Shown piece by piece: positions 24,831 to 37,710 of a DNA stretch of 64,000 nucleotides. Location: assembly GCA_022605425.2 (NCBI GenBank), contig JAKIMF020000005.1, forward strand, positions 372,001-436,000. The letters run 5' to 3'. The stretch is from Hamiltosporidium tvaerminnensis FI-OER-3-3. Taxonomy: Eukaryota > Fungi > Microsporidia. The position numbers and the translations under genes were made by a program. Positions within the stretch are counted from its first letter, which is position 1. Each line of letters opens with the position of its first letter. The notes below the pieces were generated by a model, which did not search any database, had not been told where the DNA came from, and saw nothing but the letters and a program-made list of their open reading frames with translations.

Positions 24831-27800
24831 TTTCTAAAATTTTATTAATTGTTATAGACTCATTTTCTCAGAAATTAGTACCTTATAATGCTTTATTTAA
24901 CTTTGACACACTAATTCAATCTATAATTCAAATCAAAAGCAAGCAATAAAAATTTGCATCGAGATTATTTGTAAATAAAGCGTCTTTATATCATTTAGAT
25001 TCAAAGGCTATAAAACGACAGAGTATTCCTATGAAATAGGATGAGAGCAATAGAAGTTGAAGTATATACGAAAAATCGGAAATTATAGGATACGAAAGAT
25101 GATACAAATAAAATAAATCTATCGCAAATAAAGGATATTATTAATAGAAAAAGGGCATTAGAAATAACAGGTGCGTATTGGACTTGGGAGTACATCATGA
25201 AGCGTGAAAGTCATTACTTAGACTGATACATTTGTTTTTTTTCCAGCTAATTTCTTGAAATTATGGGGTGAATTTACTTGAAGAAATTATGAATACTGAA
25301 TTCAAATGCATATTTGATAATTTGATTTGTAAATATTTTTTGAGTATTTCATTTTAAAGAATGGTTGTCAATACAGTTAGGCATTACCAGGTGGAAATAA
25401 TTTCTCGATAAAATTATATCGTGGTTGTTGAATATGGTCGCTAGACGATTCTTGCGAAATTCAAATAAATAAATTTCTTAATTTTCTTTAAAAATATTGT
25501 TAAGGTTACATTTTTGTTTTCTTTTTAAAAATCGGTATGGCATTTTCAACATTTCACTAAAAATATTAGTAAAAAATCGTAGAAATACTTTCGGAATATT
25601 GGAGAAGATAATAAGTTTTTGATATTCGAGACTTTTTTAGAAGTTAATATGATACGTGTACTAAAAATTCAGTAAACCCTAATTCTATACCATACATTAC
25701 TACATATATGCAAGCTTTAACTAAGGTAGATAATGTGATTTGAATTAATAAAAATTCTTGAAATTCTAAATTGCTGATATCGGTGCTTTTAAATTAAATG
25801 AAGAGGATTCAATGATAATTTCATGTGAAAATAGTATTGAATAGATAATTGAAATTTTGTTTGCCTTGATCAAATAACTTTAGCTTCAATTTCCATTTCT
25901 ATGTTTAACTGATCAGATATTATTAGTATTATTATATCATCAAAAATAGCTTCTGTCCAGAAAAGTACAACTTGGCCAATTTCTTCTATTTATCCATGTT
26001 TCACTGTTTCGAACATTAATCTGATCTATTTTATTATTAGATTTTGATTAGATTCATGTTTTGTGATAGATCCTGAACCAATCGATGATGAAATTATTTG
26101 TTGCATAGAATTTTTTTTTGAGGGTATTAATCTTTCGCATAGTTTCAGGAATTATCGGATAAAACACAGAACAAATCAGGGTGGTCATAAGCTTCTATAT
26201 AGAAGTCTCGGTTTAAATTAATTTATTTATCCTTGTCTTAGACCATATAAATATATAAAATTAATATTTTGATTATTCATTCTAATACATTTAGAAGTCT
26301 AAGCACAAAAGTTCAAAGTTTCCATGTATTTATGTGAATAAATCGAAAATGTCGATAGTCTTAGCGCCCTCAAATAGCAAGTTAATGAATTTTCCTGGTA
26401 CTTTTATGCCAAAAATACTTTAAAAAAGATCATACTGCACTGTGCATATCTCAAATTACATCCAGTTATGTTCTGAGTATAGTTTTCGGATTTACAGTCA
26501 AACCGAATGATTCTTTTTATTTATAATGTTACACATCACTGACATCTTTATTTTCAGAATTCTTCCAGTTTTCTTATTAAAACAAATATCAGAGCTTGCA
26601 AAAAACATATACTAGTAGTTTCATTATCGAAATTGCAAATTTTACTGCATTATAACTCAATTTTTAAATTAATATGTTTCAACAAGGAAATTGTATATAA
26701 ATATCAATTATAGAAGCTTTTCCGATAAATATATTTCGAGATGAAATTTATGAATATATGAAGTAAAAAAATAATGGCTTAATTATATCTGATAGGAATG
26801 TATCAGATATCTTTACAATTCGATATCACGATTACTTTGTTATCCCTCTAAATTAAATGAACATTATAATTTTGATTCTAGTAGCGGATATTCAAATATT
26901 CAGATAATTCTCATTTCTATCGAGTTCTTTTTAACCCAGGTATGCAATTTACTTATTAAAATCGCAATATCTGTTCATGATCGTAAGTTGATCAAACTAG
27001 ACATACGAGTAAGAATTTTAAGTATAATATATAATAAATCATATTTTTAGGTTTAGATGGAATATACATATACATATAATATATTACTGTTTTTGGTTTA
27101 AATGAGGTTTATTTCTCACGGCTACACACCCTTTCACAGATTATTTAAGGATAATGCCCTTCCGACTTACCATTTTTGGGTTATAAAAATGCATCTCTGC
27201 TACTTCATGTTATTTGCGTTGTAATGATATAAATGCAGCTTTATGAATTAAGCGAATAATCAATTTTATTTAATTTAGGATAAGTATATCCTCACGTTTT
27301 TTTCATAAAATTGTCCATAGTTTTCTATTTTCGAATCACTCAAAGGTTTTCAGAACCCAAAAACCATTTTTCGATTGTTTCTTCGTGATTTCTCTAAATC
27401 TATCAGTATAATTTCTTTTTGTTTATGTTGAAACATGCGCAAACACTAAATACGACGTGTATTATAGAAATGATGATCCAATGTCACTACTTACACTCTC
27501 CTGGCTAGGTTCTTTTTGCCATATTGTTGTATTATTAAATTTTGACACATAAAAAGTAAAACTTATGAAAGCATATAGTCAAGGTAGTCTATATTGCGTT
27601 GAGCAGATAACACAATATTTCAAAATAAAAATATCGCGAAACACCCTCAAAAATTCGCTAAATCCAGGAATCACACATTTTTTGCTATTTTCTAAATGAG
27701 AATTTATATTGAAAGTAATCAAATGGAATGCCATTTTTTAAATAAGTTAAAAATATTCTTACAAGAGTTAAAAATAGAAGCTTTTATTACAGGCAATGTT

Positions 27801-28079
27801 TTTAAGTTTTATATTCAGGTAACTAATATTGTAATTTGCAATATTTTATTAAGTATATCAGTACAGGGCTATTTCAAACACTATGATTCATATAAATAAT
27901 TAACTCAGATATCTATTTCCAAAGTTTTACATTTTTATTGTGGTTTTAAAGAAATTAAGCAAACATTATTCGACTAATAAAGTTTTATACAATTTTGAAT
28001 TAAAAAAGAACAAACTTTGCAAACTTTTCGGTAGAGACGAAATAACAGAAAAAAACTATCTGCTTCGAAATAAGTTAAG

Positions 28080-28680
28080 GAAATTCCTGCGAAGATCATT
28101 CTTTGAATTTTTGGGGGCGAAAAAAACTAGATTACATATAGAGTTTCGAAGAAAATTTCTATTGGAGGAAACTTCCTCCAAAATGGCGATACATTTCCTA
28201 AACAGTATTTGTGGTTATTTTATTTTATAGATTGTAAACCCGATTGATCTTAGAGGTAATTGACATGTAGATGCTTATAAAACCTGGCTTATTCGGTCTA
28301 TTTCGAAGACCTAGAGCCTTGGGAGTGTGAAAAAAACATCCATAAGAGAGTCTGGGACATTGAGAGCATATTAAATTTGTTATTTGACATTGCAATATAC
28401 AAGTAGATCACATATAAGTCGCAGAAATATATCTTGGCTGGAAATTTAATGGGTTTTTACAGAAAGATTAAGTGAAAATGATGCTTGTATCGGAGAGCCC
28501 AGGTAAGTTTCGACCTCAATCACATATCAGACAACGGACATTCACTAAACCTCAAAAACTGCCTTGCTAATTGAATGGATTATATGCAAGATGTAGATGA
28601 AAAGCTTTAGATTATAAGTATTTAAGGTATAATAACTGTGTATTGAAAAGCGATAATATATTAAACCTAGAAATGCTTAA
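28080..28680 (+). repeat. Degenerate dispersed repeat family A copy
   Basis: GGTAATTGACATGTAGATGC, GAAGACCTAGAG, GACATTGCA, GGAGAGCCCAGG and ACGGACATT are collinear with the 50311 copy. Confidence 0.75.
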
Positions 28681-29186
28681 TGTTATTAAAAAAACATAAC
28701 ATATGCCGCTTTTATTTAAAAAATGTGATATTTATAGAATATAAAGTACAAAAATAATCCAAAATTTTTATCTAAAAATAATGTAGAAATATAATTTTTA
28801 AAAAATATATTATAATCTTTCATTACCATCTTTTTAATCTAAAAAATAATTAAAATAAAATTGCAATAAAAAAAATTTCTACACAAATTTATATTTATTC
28901 CGTTTTGTATTTTTTTCACTTTGTCTAAAAGATCTTATAGATGTATTAAGTGCCTTCTAATTCCGAATAAATTTTTTGTTGAAATATTTTGGCGAGTCAT
29001 AATGTTATTAATTTAAATTTATATTTTTTTATTTGTTTATTTCAACTTTTCATAAAAATTTGTTTAAAAATTCTTTAAAAAATTTTTTTTTGTTAGAAAT
29101 TCAGTTAGCTTGAAATATAATGGAGATGAAGCATCTTTTAAAAATTGTAAATGAAATTAAAAATTGCTCATTCAGACCCTGAGTGA

Positions 29187-30164
29187 ATGTTAGGTAGAAC
29201 ACATGAAAAAGAGTCGATAAAGAAAATTATGCCATTGAGAAACATTACTAATAGAAAAAAAGAAGCAAAAAAATATAAAGATACATCAAATTTAAATTTT
29301 AGTGAAACTGAAGATGCAATATATCGATTAAGAGAATTGGATGATTCTAGAGACGTAACAATGTACTATGAATATGCCGAAATGGTTTTTATTTTTTTTA
29401 AAAAATTGGAAACAGAATATTTGTTGAAAAATAATTTTATGAATATTCAAAAGGAAATTGGTTGGAGTGAAAGGTGTTTATTAGTAGATTGGATTATAGA
29501 AGTTCATTGGAAATTGGGATTAGTGCCTGAAACACTTTATCATACTGTTTATATTATGGACAAGTTGTTATCTCTAAGAGTTGTATCAACTGAAAAATTA
29601 CAATTGTTAGGAATTACGTGTTTGCTTATTTCTAGTAAATACGAAGAAGTGGTCTGTCCGTCAATAGAAACATTTGTAATTTTGTCCGAAAAAACAATTT
29701 CCGAGGAAGAAATAAGAAAAGCTGAAAGATATGTTTTAAGTGTATTAGATTTTCAATTAAACTATCCCTCGCCACTCAATTTTTTAAGAAAATGTTCCAA
29801 AGCAAATAATTATGAATATAAAACAAGAATGGTAGCCAAATATTTAATGGAATTAACTTTCTTTTACCCGCAATTCAGATCAATTTCTGGATCTCTTGTA
29901 TCAGCAAGTTCTATGTTTCTTTCTAGAAAAATACTTGAAATGAATGAAAATGAAAATATATTTTTTTTCTACTCTGGATATTCCAAAAAAGATGTACAAT
30001 CATGTGCAAATGAAATTTTTTCAATCATTCTACAGCCTATAATGTATGAAAATGTACAAAAAAAATATAGTTCATCAAAAATGTTAAAAGTATCAAATTT
30101 TATTAAAGATTTTTCTAAAGAATATTTGAAAAATTCAAATATAAATTCAATAAAATTACTATGA
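29187..30164 (+). CDS. B-type (G2/M) cyclin
   Basis: Cyclin box ERCLLVDWIIEVH..ETLY..LQLLGITCLLISSKYEEV..AERYVL..PSPLNFLRKCSKA; D-box-like PLRNITN; CCC motif upstream. Confidence 0.93.
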   Translation: MLGRTHEKESIKKIMPLRNITNRKKEAKKYKDTSNLNFSETEDAIYRLRELDDSRDVTMYYEYAEMVFIFFKKLETEYLLKNNFMNIQKEIGWSERCLLVDWIIEVHWKLGLVPETLYHTVYIMDKLLSLRVVSTEKLQLLGITCLLISSKYEEVVCPSIETFVILSEKTISEEEIRKAERYVLSVLDFQLNYPSPLNFLRKCSKANNYEYKTRMVAKYLMELTFFYPQFRSISGSLVSASSMFLSRKILEMNENENIFFFYSGYSKKDVQSCANEIFSIILQPIMYENVQKKYSSSKMLKVSNFIKDFSKEYLKNSNINSIKLL

Positions 30165-30464
30165 AATCGAGATTTTTATAATTGAAGTTTAGTTTTAATT
30201 TTTAGAATATTTTTATTAAATTTTAAAGTATTTATATTTTCTTTAGAATTTATTGCTTGAGTAATCATTAAATGCTCATTAATTCAATAATATTTGAATC
30301 TTTATTTTTTAAAAAGTGAATTCTAAAGATAAAACAACTTGAAGTTTATTTAACTTTTTGAAATACAAAAATATTTTAAAATTTTAAAAATTCATATTAA
30401 AGTTTCTTAAGGGAAAAGAATTTTTACTCCTTTAATAATTTTTACTTTTTATAATTAAATTATT

Positions 30465-31190
30465 GGTGGAGGAAGGATGACCACAAAAAAACCTTTTGCG
30501 TGGCAATGAGTATGTGAAACTGGTGTGATGAACAGTGTTGGATTTTAGTGGGAATAAAACCGCGCTACATTTTTCGTTAAAAGGGATTTGAGGAGATTAA
30601 GGGCTATGAAATGGCGAAACTTTTTCTACAAATCTATTTTATAGTTTTTTATGTAACTGGATCTCAGAACACGGCTGAAATTATGGTAATTACCATGTAA
30701 AAGCATTGAAACCTAGCTTTGCTCACTCGGGTTAGAAGACTTAGCGCTTGAAATATATTAAAACAAAGTTCTTTCAAGCAGGAGCCAAGTTGCAGTTATA
30801 CCAGTTGGTATGGTATTGGTCTGTGTAGGTAAACCCCATGTAAGTCACTGAAATATATCTTAGCTAGAAGTTTATTGAATTCAGAAAGTTTAAAGTAAGT
30901 GGGAAGGCTGCATAGTCTTGGAAAAGCTCAGGGTGCCCTCGGCCTTCGATCACACACCATGCAGCGGACAAACAAAAAACGGGAAACCTTCTTCCCGTTA
31001 AACTGCTTCTACACGCCTTTTAGATAAAAAAACTTTGGAATATAAGTATCGCAAGAGGTACGTACAGTTCGAGTTCGTTTGAGCAGTTATATGTAAAACC
31101 CAGAACTGCATTAATGCCATAAAAACTTTAATAACCTGCTGTTCTCTATTATAATGTGATATATTAAATAATTTATTGTTTTTAAATAAA
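30465..31190 (+). repeat. Dispersed repeat family A copy
   Basis: Collinear with 50311-51040, e.g. TGTGAAACTGGTGTGA, CTCGGGTTAGAAGACTTAGC, GCTGCATAGTCTTGG. Confidence 0.9.
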
Positions 31191-32017
31191 AAATATCGAA
31201 TTAAGATCCTTAAGATAATAATACACACACACCAACGTCGCTCTTTATTCATCGAGTAGTATATTTCTTCCTACCAAATTGTTTACTTTGATTTTATAAA
31301 ATTAAATACATCTTTTGATTACAGACGAGTCTCATTTTTATATTAATTTTAAGTCTTTCCTGACATATTATTGCCCATATAAACAACCGCAAAACCGAGC
31401 TAAGTTTATTTTTCTGCTACATACTAGCTTGTTACTTTCTTTGCTCTGGCGCAATAAAAATTTTCAATTTTTCCCAGGGAAAAAATATTTTTAAACTTAA
31501 ATCTCTATAATTACTTTATAAATAAAGTTTATATAATTTAGAAATGAAAAAAAATTCCGATAAAAATCCAAGGAAAAAATTTATAATATTAATACTACTT
31601 CTTTTACCAATATATGTGTGTCTAAATGGATAATTTATAGTTAGTAACAGGTTATTTAAGTATACAACTTTATTTATTTATACTTTACAGATGAATGTTT
31701 AATATAAAATGACTATTGCAAAATTTTTACTGATACAATATTAATTATATTCTTTACTGGTAAGATATTTAATATAAAATAATTATTAGTTTTGCATTTT
31801 TGCATTTTCATTATTTATCTTTAGTAGTAAGATGTGGTTAGTATTTCGCAAATTAATGCAATCGAAGTATTCTTACGTATATCTTGCTTAAAAAGTTTTT
31901 AATAACTTTATTGGATATTTAAACATTTAAAAACGTTATTATTGACTAACTGATAAAAATAAACTATTAAACTATTTAAATGGATTGATTAGCATATTTT
32001 TTTGAGAATAAATACAC

Positions 32018-32130
32018 TTTTATTGGTCAAATAATTGTAAATGAATTATAATTTATGAAAAATCTTAACTAAATATACTTTTAAGGAGTCGTAACGTATT
32101 ATACGTTAAAATATATTTTAAAAACTATAA
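32018..32130 (+). promoter_or_regulatory. Shared promoter of secreted RAEL-motif gene 1
   Basis: ATTGG 32022-26, AAGGAG 32083-88, palindrome TAACGTAT-T-ATACGTTA 32092-32108, TATAA 32126-30 (-27..-23). Confidence 0.7.
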
Positions 32131-32152
32131 GTTTGTTTCGAAATTAGTTTAC

Positions 32153-32629
32153 ATGGAGATTTTCTACAAAATAATAGCTTTGGCTTTCTTTCTTCTGAAT
32201 AAAATTGATACAGCTGTTGTTGAAACCGGTACAGCCACTCCTGTGGTTACATCTGCCGATACAGCTACAGCCATTCCTACGGCTACAGCCACACCTACAG
32301 CAGTTTCAGAGAAAAAAGAAGAAAATACGGCTAATCCAGAAGGACTTAGTGCAAATCCAACTACAGCGCAAATCGGGAATACTTTGGATGGTAAAAATGC
32401 AATCAAAGAAGGAAATTCTACCACAAGCAAAAACGCTACACTCGGTAGCAATGAAACCTGTCCTGAGAATAACGGAACAAGTCATGACTCCTCTAAAAAG
32501 AAAAACGAAAAATCGAATCATCACAACGATTCTGCGGATACAAATGGTAAAAACGATCGTAGTAGTAAAGATGATAAAAATGTACAACGCGCTACATTTA
32601 AAAGAGCGGAATTAACTTTAATAAGTTAA
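32153..32629 (+). CDS. Small secreted Thr/Ala/Ser/Asn-rich protein with C-terminal ATFKRAELTLIS motif
   Basis: Hydrophobic N-terminus, GC content above background, C-terminal motif shared with the ORFs at 42974 and 52370. Confidence 0.85.
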   Translation: MEIFYKIIALAFFLLNKIDTAVVETGTATPVVTSADTATAIPTATATPTAVSEKKEENTANPEGLSANPTTAQIGNTLDGKNAIKEGNSTTSKNATLGSNETCPENNGTSHDSSKKKNEKSNHHNDSADTNGKNDRSSKDDKNVQRATFKRAELTLIS

Positions 32630-33689
32630 AGCAGAAGCTTCACAAATGAAAATTAAAAGTTTAAAAGTTAAAATTTTATTCTATTTTTTAAAAACGAATT
32701 TATATTCACTTTTAAAATAAAAGTTACAACCTAAAATTTTTCCATCCATTGATTGAGAAAGATTTGCAATAAATTATTTTTAATATAAATTTAGCTGAAA
32801 AATATCTTAAAATCAAACGACATATTTTTAATTCTAATTTATGTTTATTTTACATCATAAAGATGTATAATACACTATTTCTATACCATTTTTTATTTCT
32901 AATAGTAAAATATATTCAATAATCTTACTAAAATTATATTTTACATGTCCTTTCTAAACATTTATGTTGCTTAGACTCATGAATGTAAAAATTCATAGAT
33001 TTTTACCTACTAGTTTAATATCAAATAGCTATAAAAATAACCTATTCAATTACTATTTAAATATTTGTTAAAGTAAAAATGGCATTTTCATAGAATATTC
33101 TACCGCCTCGACTGTTTTATTCCCTATTAAATACGGTCTATTAAATTTTTGTTTAAAATTTATTTTAAAATATATCAGTAAGTCTCTATTGTTCAAATAT
33201 TTTTAATCCAAAACGGGCATACAAACTATAATTAAATTTAATTCAAAGCTTAAAAAAACAATATTTTTTTAATCTTAGATTATCCAAAAAATACACTTAA
33301 AATAAAACTTTATCATGTCTAATGCTTCAATTAGCCATTATATTTTTTATAGTTAACAAATATTTTTTTTGTTCAATATACTTTTTATGATATTTTCTAA
33401 TAAATTTTGCTTTTTTATAAACAATCTCGAATAAAAGAAGTTTTAAAAAGTTTGACTACATACTAACTCCAATTATAATAAATATTATAGAAAAAAACAA
33501 GTATAAGCACTTAATGTAAATTTGTTGTTCTATTTTTTTTCTATGTCCTAAACAGAATATTATTAGATGAAGAGAAATACTAGAAGAACAAAAATATAAT
33601 TTTTGAATAAAGTTTTTACCATAGCTACTTAAACAAAATATACAAATAGAAATAATACCTTTCTATCAAAAGTATTTTAACAAACATCT

Positions 33690-33940
33690 ACAAGTAAAAG
33701 CAATAACTGACAGCAAAAAATATAGTAACAGAACATTTGATAATAAAAAAAAAAAAAAAAGATAAATTAATAAATAATAATTTAACATTAAACAATATAG
33801 TTAAAAAACATTTGATAATAAAAGAAATAAAAAAAGATAAATTAATGAATAATAATTTATTATTAAACAATAGAGTTAAAAAACATTTGATAATAAAAGA
33901 AATAAAAAAAAGATAAATTAATGAATAATAATTTAACATT
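33690..33940. repeat. Imperfect tandem repeat (~65-70 bp, ~3 copies)
   Basis: AACATTTGATAATAAAA..AGATAAATTAAT.AATAATAA recurs. Confidence 0.8.
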
Positions 33941-34362
33941 AGATTATGTAAACATGCATAAGTAATATAATCATTATAAAACATTTTTTTATAAATAAAT
34001 TTTAATTTACTTAATGTATTTTTTAGATCATAAATAATTTTGTAAATTTAATTAAATTAAGTTATGATAGAACAATATTCATATCCAATTCACTATGTTT
34101 GTATGAAATATTATTTATATCTGAATTACAGTTTAATATCTTAGAACCATATGTTTTTAACTATAGTATAGATAAAAAAACTAATAAAAATTATTTGTTT
34201 AATAATCACAAATAGATAAAGTAAACAAATAATAAAGATATAGTAGATATAATAAAGATGTCAAAGATAAAATAGTTAAGAAATATAAAATAGCTAAGAA
34301 ATATAAAATAGATTTTGATTTTTAAAAAATTAAATAAAAAACTAACCCTCTCTAACCCTTAT

Positions 34363-34974
34363 ATGTCACCAGAAGAAGAAGAAAAAAATGAAGAAAATCC
34401 ATCGATTTTAAAGTTACACATATACACGTCAAGAAAGTACAAGACGGATGTACTGCAACCACAAAAAGAATTGACCGATGGAAATTTACGTAGTTCATCG
34501 AAATATAAAAAAGAACGTAGAGAAATAGTGAGTTGGTCTGATGAAGAAATAGATGCACTACAAAAAGGTGTTGAAAAATATGGATACGGTAAATGGAAAG
34601 CAATTTTTCTCGATCTCGACTTCAAATTTCATACATCACGAAATCCTTCGGATTTAAAAGATAAATACCGACTACTTACCAAAAAGACATCGTATTATGC
34701 GCTAAAAAAACAAGATTTTGTTGTGGTAGATAATGAATGGAATTATCTTACAGACTCTCTTGGTAAGTATGATGTCTATAAAGAAAAGTTTCCGCATGAT
34801 GCATGTGAAAGAGCAGCTATTTTACACTGTAAAAGTACGTTAGATGGTAGTATTATTAGACTAATGAGTCTTTCTAATCAGTCTGTAATGCATGTGTATG
34901 AGGTGTTTATAATAGAAGAAGGTTGTAATAAATACAAAGTAAGAAAAATATCTACACTTACTCGGTCAACATAG
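34363..34974 (+). CDS. TRF/telobox-type Myb-domain protein with a putative MC1-like C-terminal domain
   Basis: WSDEEIDALQKGVEKYGYGKWKAI..RNPSDLKDKYR; start moved from the TTG at 34315 to ATG 34363, which follows the TAACCC motif. Confidence 0.85.
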   Translation: MSPEEEEKNEENPSILKLHIYTSRKYKTDVLQPQKELTDGNLRSSSKYKKERREIVSWSDEEIDALQKGVEKYGYGKWKAIFLDLDFKFHTSRNPSDLKDKYRLLTKKTSYYALKKQDFVVVDNEWNYLTDSLGKYDVYKEKFPHDACERAAILHCKSTLDGSIIRLMSLSNQSVMHVYEVFIIEEGCNKYKVRKISTLTRST

Positions 34975-35194
34975 CTTTTCAAATTAAAATTTTTATTTTA
35001 ATTTATTTAATTGTAATATATCGTATTGTATAATATTTAAAAGGATTATAATTTATTGTTGAAGAATTATGTTGTTACAATCTATTGAAGTTTTATTCAA
35101 GTGAATTACATTGTTGTTTAATTAGTTATATTGTTAAACCGTTAAAATATTAAACTATAAAGATTAAATCGTTTAAAAAATATTTTTTTTAATG

Positions 35195-35860
35195 AAATTC
35201 TGGTTTAATATGCTTTTCACTCGTTTATTTATATTCTTCTGCCTCTTTAACCTCATACTTTCCTCTTCTAGATCCGAGTCTTTTATACTACTGTCTTTTG
35301 GTTTAGTATAGTTCCCCCATATGAAATAAACGATGTATTATTTCGTGTTTTAAAACATTTAACTCTATATTTCTCGTTACTAGATTGTCATAAAGGGTAT
35401 GTTAGTTCTTCGTATATCCTGCTTTTTAATAATACATAGATGCTCTTTTATAGCTCTCTTTGGCATTTGGTTCTGAATCAAGTTCTCTTCGTCGAACTGA
35501 GAACTTGTTTCGACTGTCTTTTTAAGTACTATTGATTGAATGTATGTCTCTATATTTTTGGGTATTTGTTCTTTTTTGGATATATCATATGGTAATCCAT
35601 CAGAATACTGAGCTGTGTTATCACATAATAAACTATTTTAATATAATTTTATACACAGCCCTCGATAAATAGCTAAGAAACAGTGATTTTTTTGGTTTTG
35701 CAGTTGCAACTGCTCAAGGTGTATCTTATGAAATGATTCGTAGTTTACCGAGAGACATTGTAGTTTTACTTTTATCCAAAACAAACATATCGGGTCTATT
35801 TTTGTGAATTTTTATATCAGTTTTTATCTTGAGGCCCACTCATTTCCGGTGACTCATCCA
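35195..35860 (-). mobile_element. Degenerate RLE non-LTR 3' fragment
   Basis: CTCTTCGTCGAAC..TTGTTTCGACTGTCTT.TTAAGTACTAT is near-identical to ~2250-2300; RPD motif region at ~35790. Confidence 0.8.
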
Positions 35861-35884
35861 TTGCAAATACTAAGTATTTTGTAT

Positions 35885-36670
35885 AAAAAAAACAACTACA
35901 TTTTTTAAAAGAAATGACATGTTTTATATTTTTTTCATGAAATTAACTCGGTCAAATAAATATTTTTTACTTAAAAAAACAACACACTTTTTAAAATAAA
36001 AGCAAGTGTTGTATTTTTTCATGACGTTAAGACGATTTTAAGTTTAAGATAAATAAATTCTTCCCGACACTCCATTGGTATTCCCTACGATACCCAAATA
36101 TAAAAAACTTTCATCCAAAATGGGCGTCACGCCAATTAAAAGGCGTGCTATTCGCATTAAGTTCGTGATATGGAATGTATCGTAGGTCAAAACCCACCTG
36201 AGCGCACTCAAAACTATGCAGCAATTTAACTTATGTTAGAATTTGGAAACATGAAATTTTCTAGCTATAATATATCTTGGCGACTTACATGGAAATCATC
36301 AAGATAGTGCAAAGTCATATCCACAAGCATAACCTGCTACTTAGCTTTCCTAAATTTAAAGTTTTTTTATTTTTTTCACAGGCGCTAAGTCTTCTAACCT
36401 GAGTGAGCAAAGCCAGGTTAGATACTTTACATAGAAATTAACTACAAATTCAACAGCGGTCTGCAATTTAGCGACATAAAAAAATACAAAATAAATTTTT
36501 AGAAAATAGTCCGCCATTTCTTTAATTCTTTCTCTTCATACAAAATCCATGGAACAACCGAAATTCTAATGTGGTTTTATTTCTACTAAAAATCCAAAAA
36601 GTGATCTTCACATCAATTTCATGTCTTCATTGCCACCAAAGACTTTAAATTGTGGTTATCCTTCCTCCAT
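35885..36670 (-). repeat. Dispersed repeat family A copy with duplicated 3' end
   Basis: GCGCTAAGTCTTCTAACCTGAGTGAGCAAAGC and TGTGGTTATCCTTCCTCCA are reverse complements of family A blocks. Confidence 0.85.
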
Positions 36671-36711
36671 CTTAATAAATAGAAGCATAAATATTTGTAA
36701 AATATATTTTT

Positions 36712-37680
36712 AATAGAGGAGGATACCAAAACTAAAGACTTTTAGGCAATCATTTGGTACACATTATGTCAAATTCCTCATTTAGATTTTAAGTAGAATT
36801 AAAACCATAGTAAATTTTAGGTCGTTACATGGTAATTTATATATCGAGGATGATTTGTATGAATGATGAAAATTTTTCTACAAAGTTTTCTTGTATTTTT
36901 TATGTCATGGGATTAGAAACCACGATTTAAATTGAAGGTAATGTATTTAAAGGCATGGAGACCTAGCTTTACTCTCACAGGTTAGAATAATTAACGCCTA
37001 GAAGCCACAAAAACCCTTTATTTATAACGACATTCTACCAAGTCCTATGTTCTTGTTGGTATTACATTTCAACGTCTATGTAGATTTTATATAAGTCGCC
37101 GAGATATATCTTTTCCAAGAAGTATATTCGGTTGGGTAGGTGTAGACTGGTTAGGAACGTTACTGATCCCGAAGGAGTCCAAGATAAGTTTCAACCTGCA
37201 ATTAAACACCGATTTACCCACCAAGCCGTGCGAAAAACTGGCTTGGTGAATTCTTTGCTTGTCGTAAGCGGGGACTAAAGGAAATTGGTCCTCCAGGCTG
37301 GAGTTAGGCGAAGGGCTAACAACCCACCCACTAAAACCACCTTGTTAATAAACCCAAAAAAGTAAACGAACCCACTAAGAAAAGACCGTTGGGCGGCATT
37401 ACTGAGGGAGGGCAAGGCTCTTGCAGAGCTTTAGTACCGAAAATGAATGAATTAAAGACCGATAATGAATATTAACGAGCATCAGGCAATTAACCTATCC
37501 TATTTAATGGGTATAAGCCTCTTTGCATGAAAAGCTGCGGAGTAAATGTATAATTGAGGATAAAGATGGAATATCAACGGAGCAGTTATTTATGTTAAAT
37601 CATTGGCAAGTGCAAATCATGAAATAAATGTAGTACATGCCACTTTTTTTCAAACTATGTGATATTTATGCAATAAAAAA
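36712..37680 (+). repeat. Dispersed repeat family A copy interrupted by a family B insertion
   Basis: GAGGAGGATACC start; family A similarity resumes after 37463. Confidence 0.75.
37214..37449 (+). mobile_element. RTE-derived short element (family B) with 14-bp TSD
   Basis: TSD AATTAAACACCGAT (37200-13) / AATTAAAGACCGAT (37450-63); core GCTTGTCGTAAG..GACTAAAGG..TGGTCCTCCAGG..GGGCTAACAACCC; TGAA tail. Confidence 0.85.
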
Positions 37681-37710
37681 TAAATTTACCGTTCCTATTT
37701 GATAATTAAT

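Noticed and set aside
27000-27560. Possible non-LTR zinc-knuckle-adjacent remnant on the minus strand
   Set aside because: Only a short HEVA..RCI echo; not enough to call
32083-32088. AAGGAG as a Shine-Dalgarno site
   Set aside because: About 65-70 nt upstream of ATG in a eukaryotic locus; better read as a promoter element
32164-32615. Overlapping alternative-frame and antisense ORFs
   Set aside because: Shadows of the GC-richer gene 32153..32629; the same applies to shadow ORFs over the Myb, VMA13, MES1 and 52370 genes
32606-32617. RAEL as a KDEL/HDEL-type ER retention signal
   Set aside because: Followed by four more residues in all three proteins, whereas retention signals must be terminal
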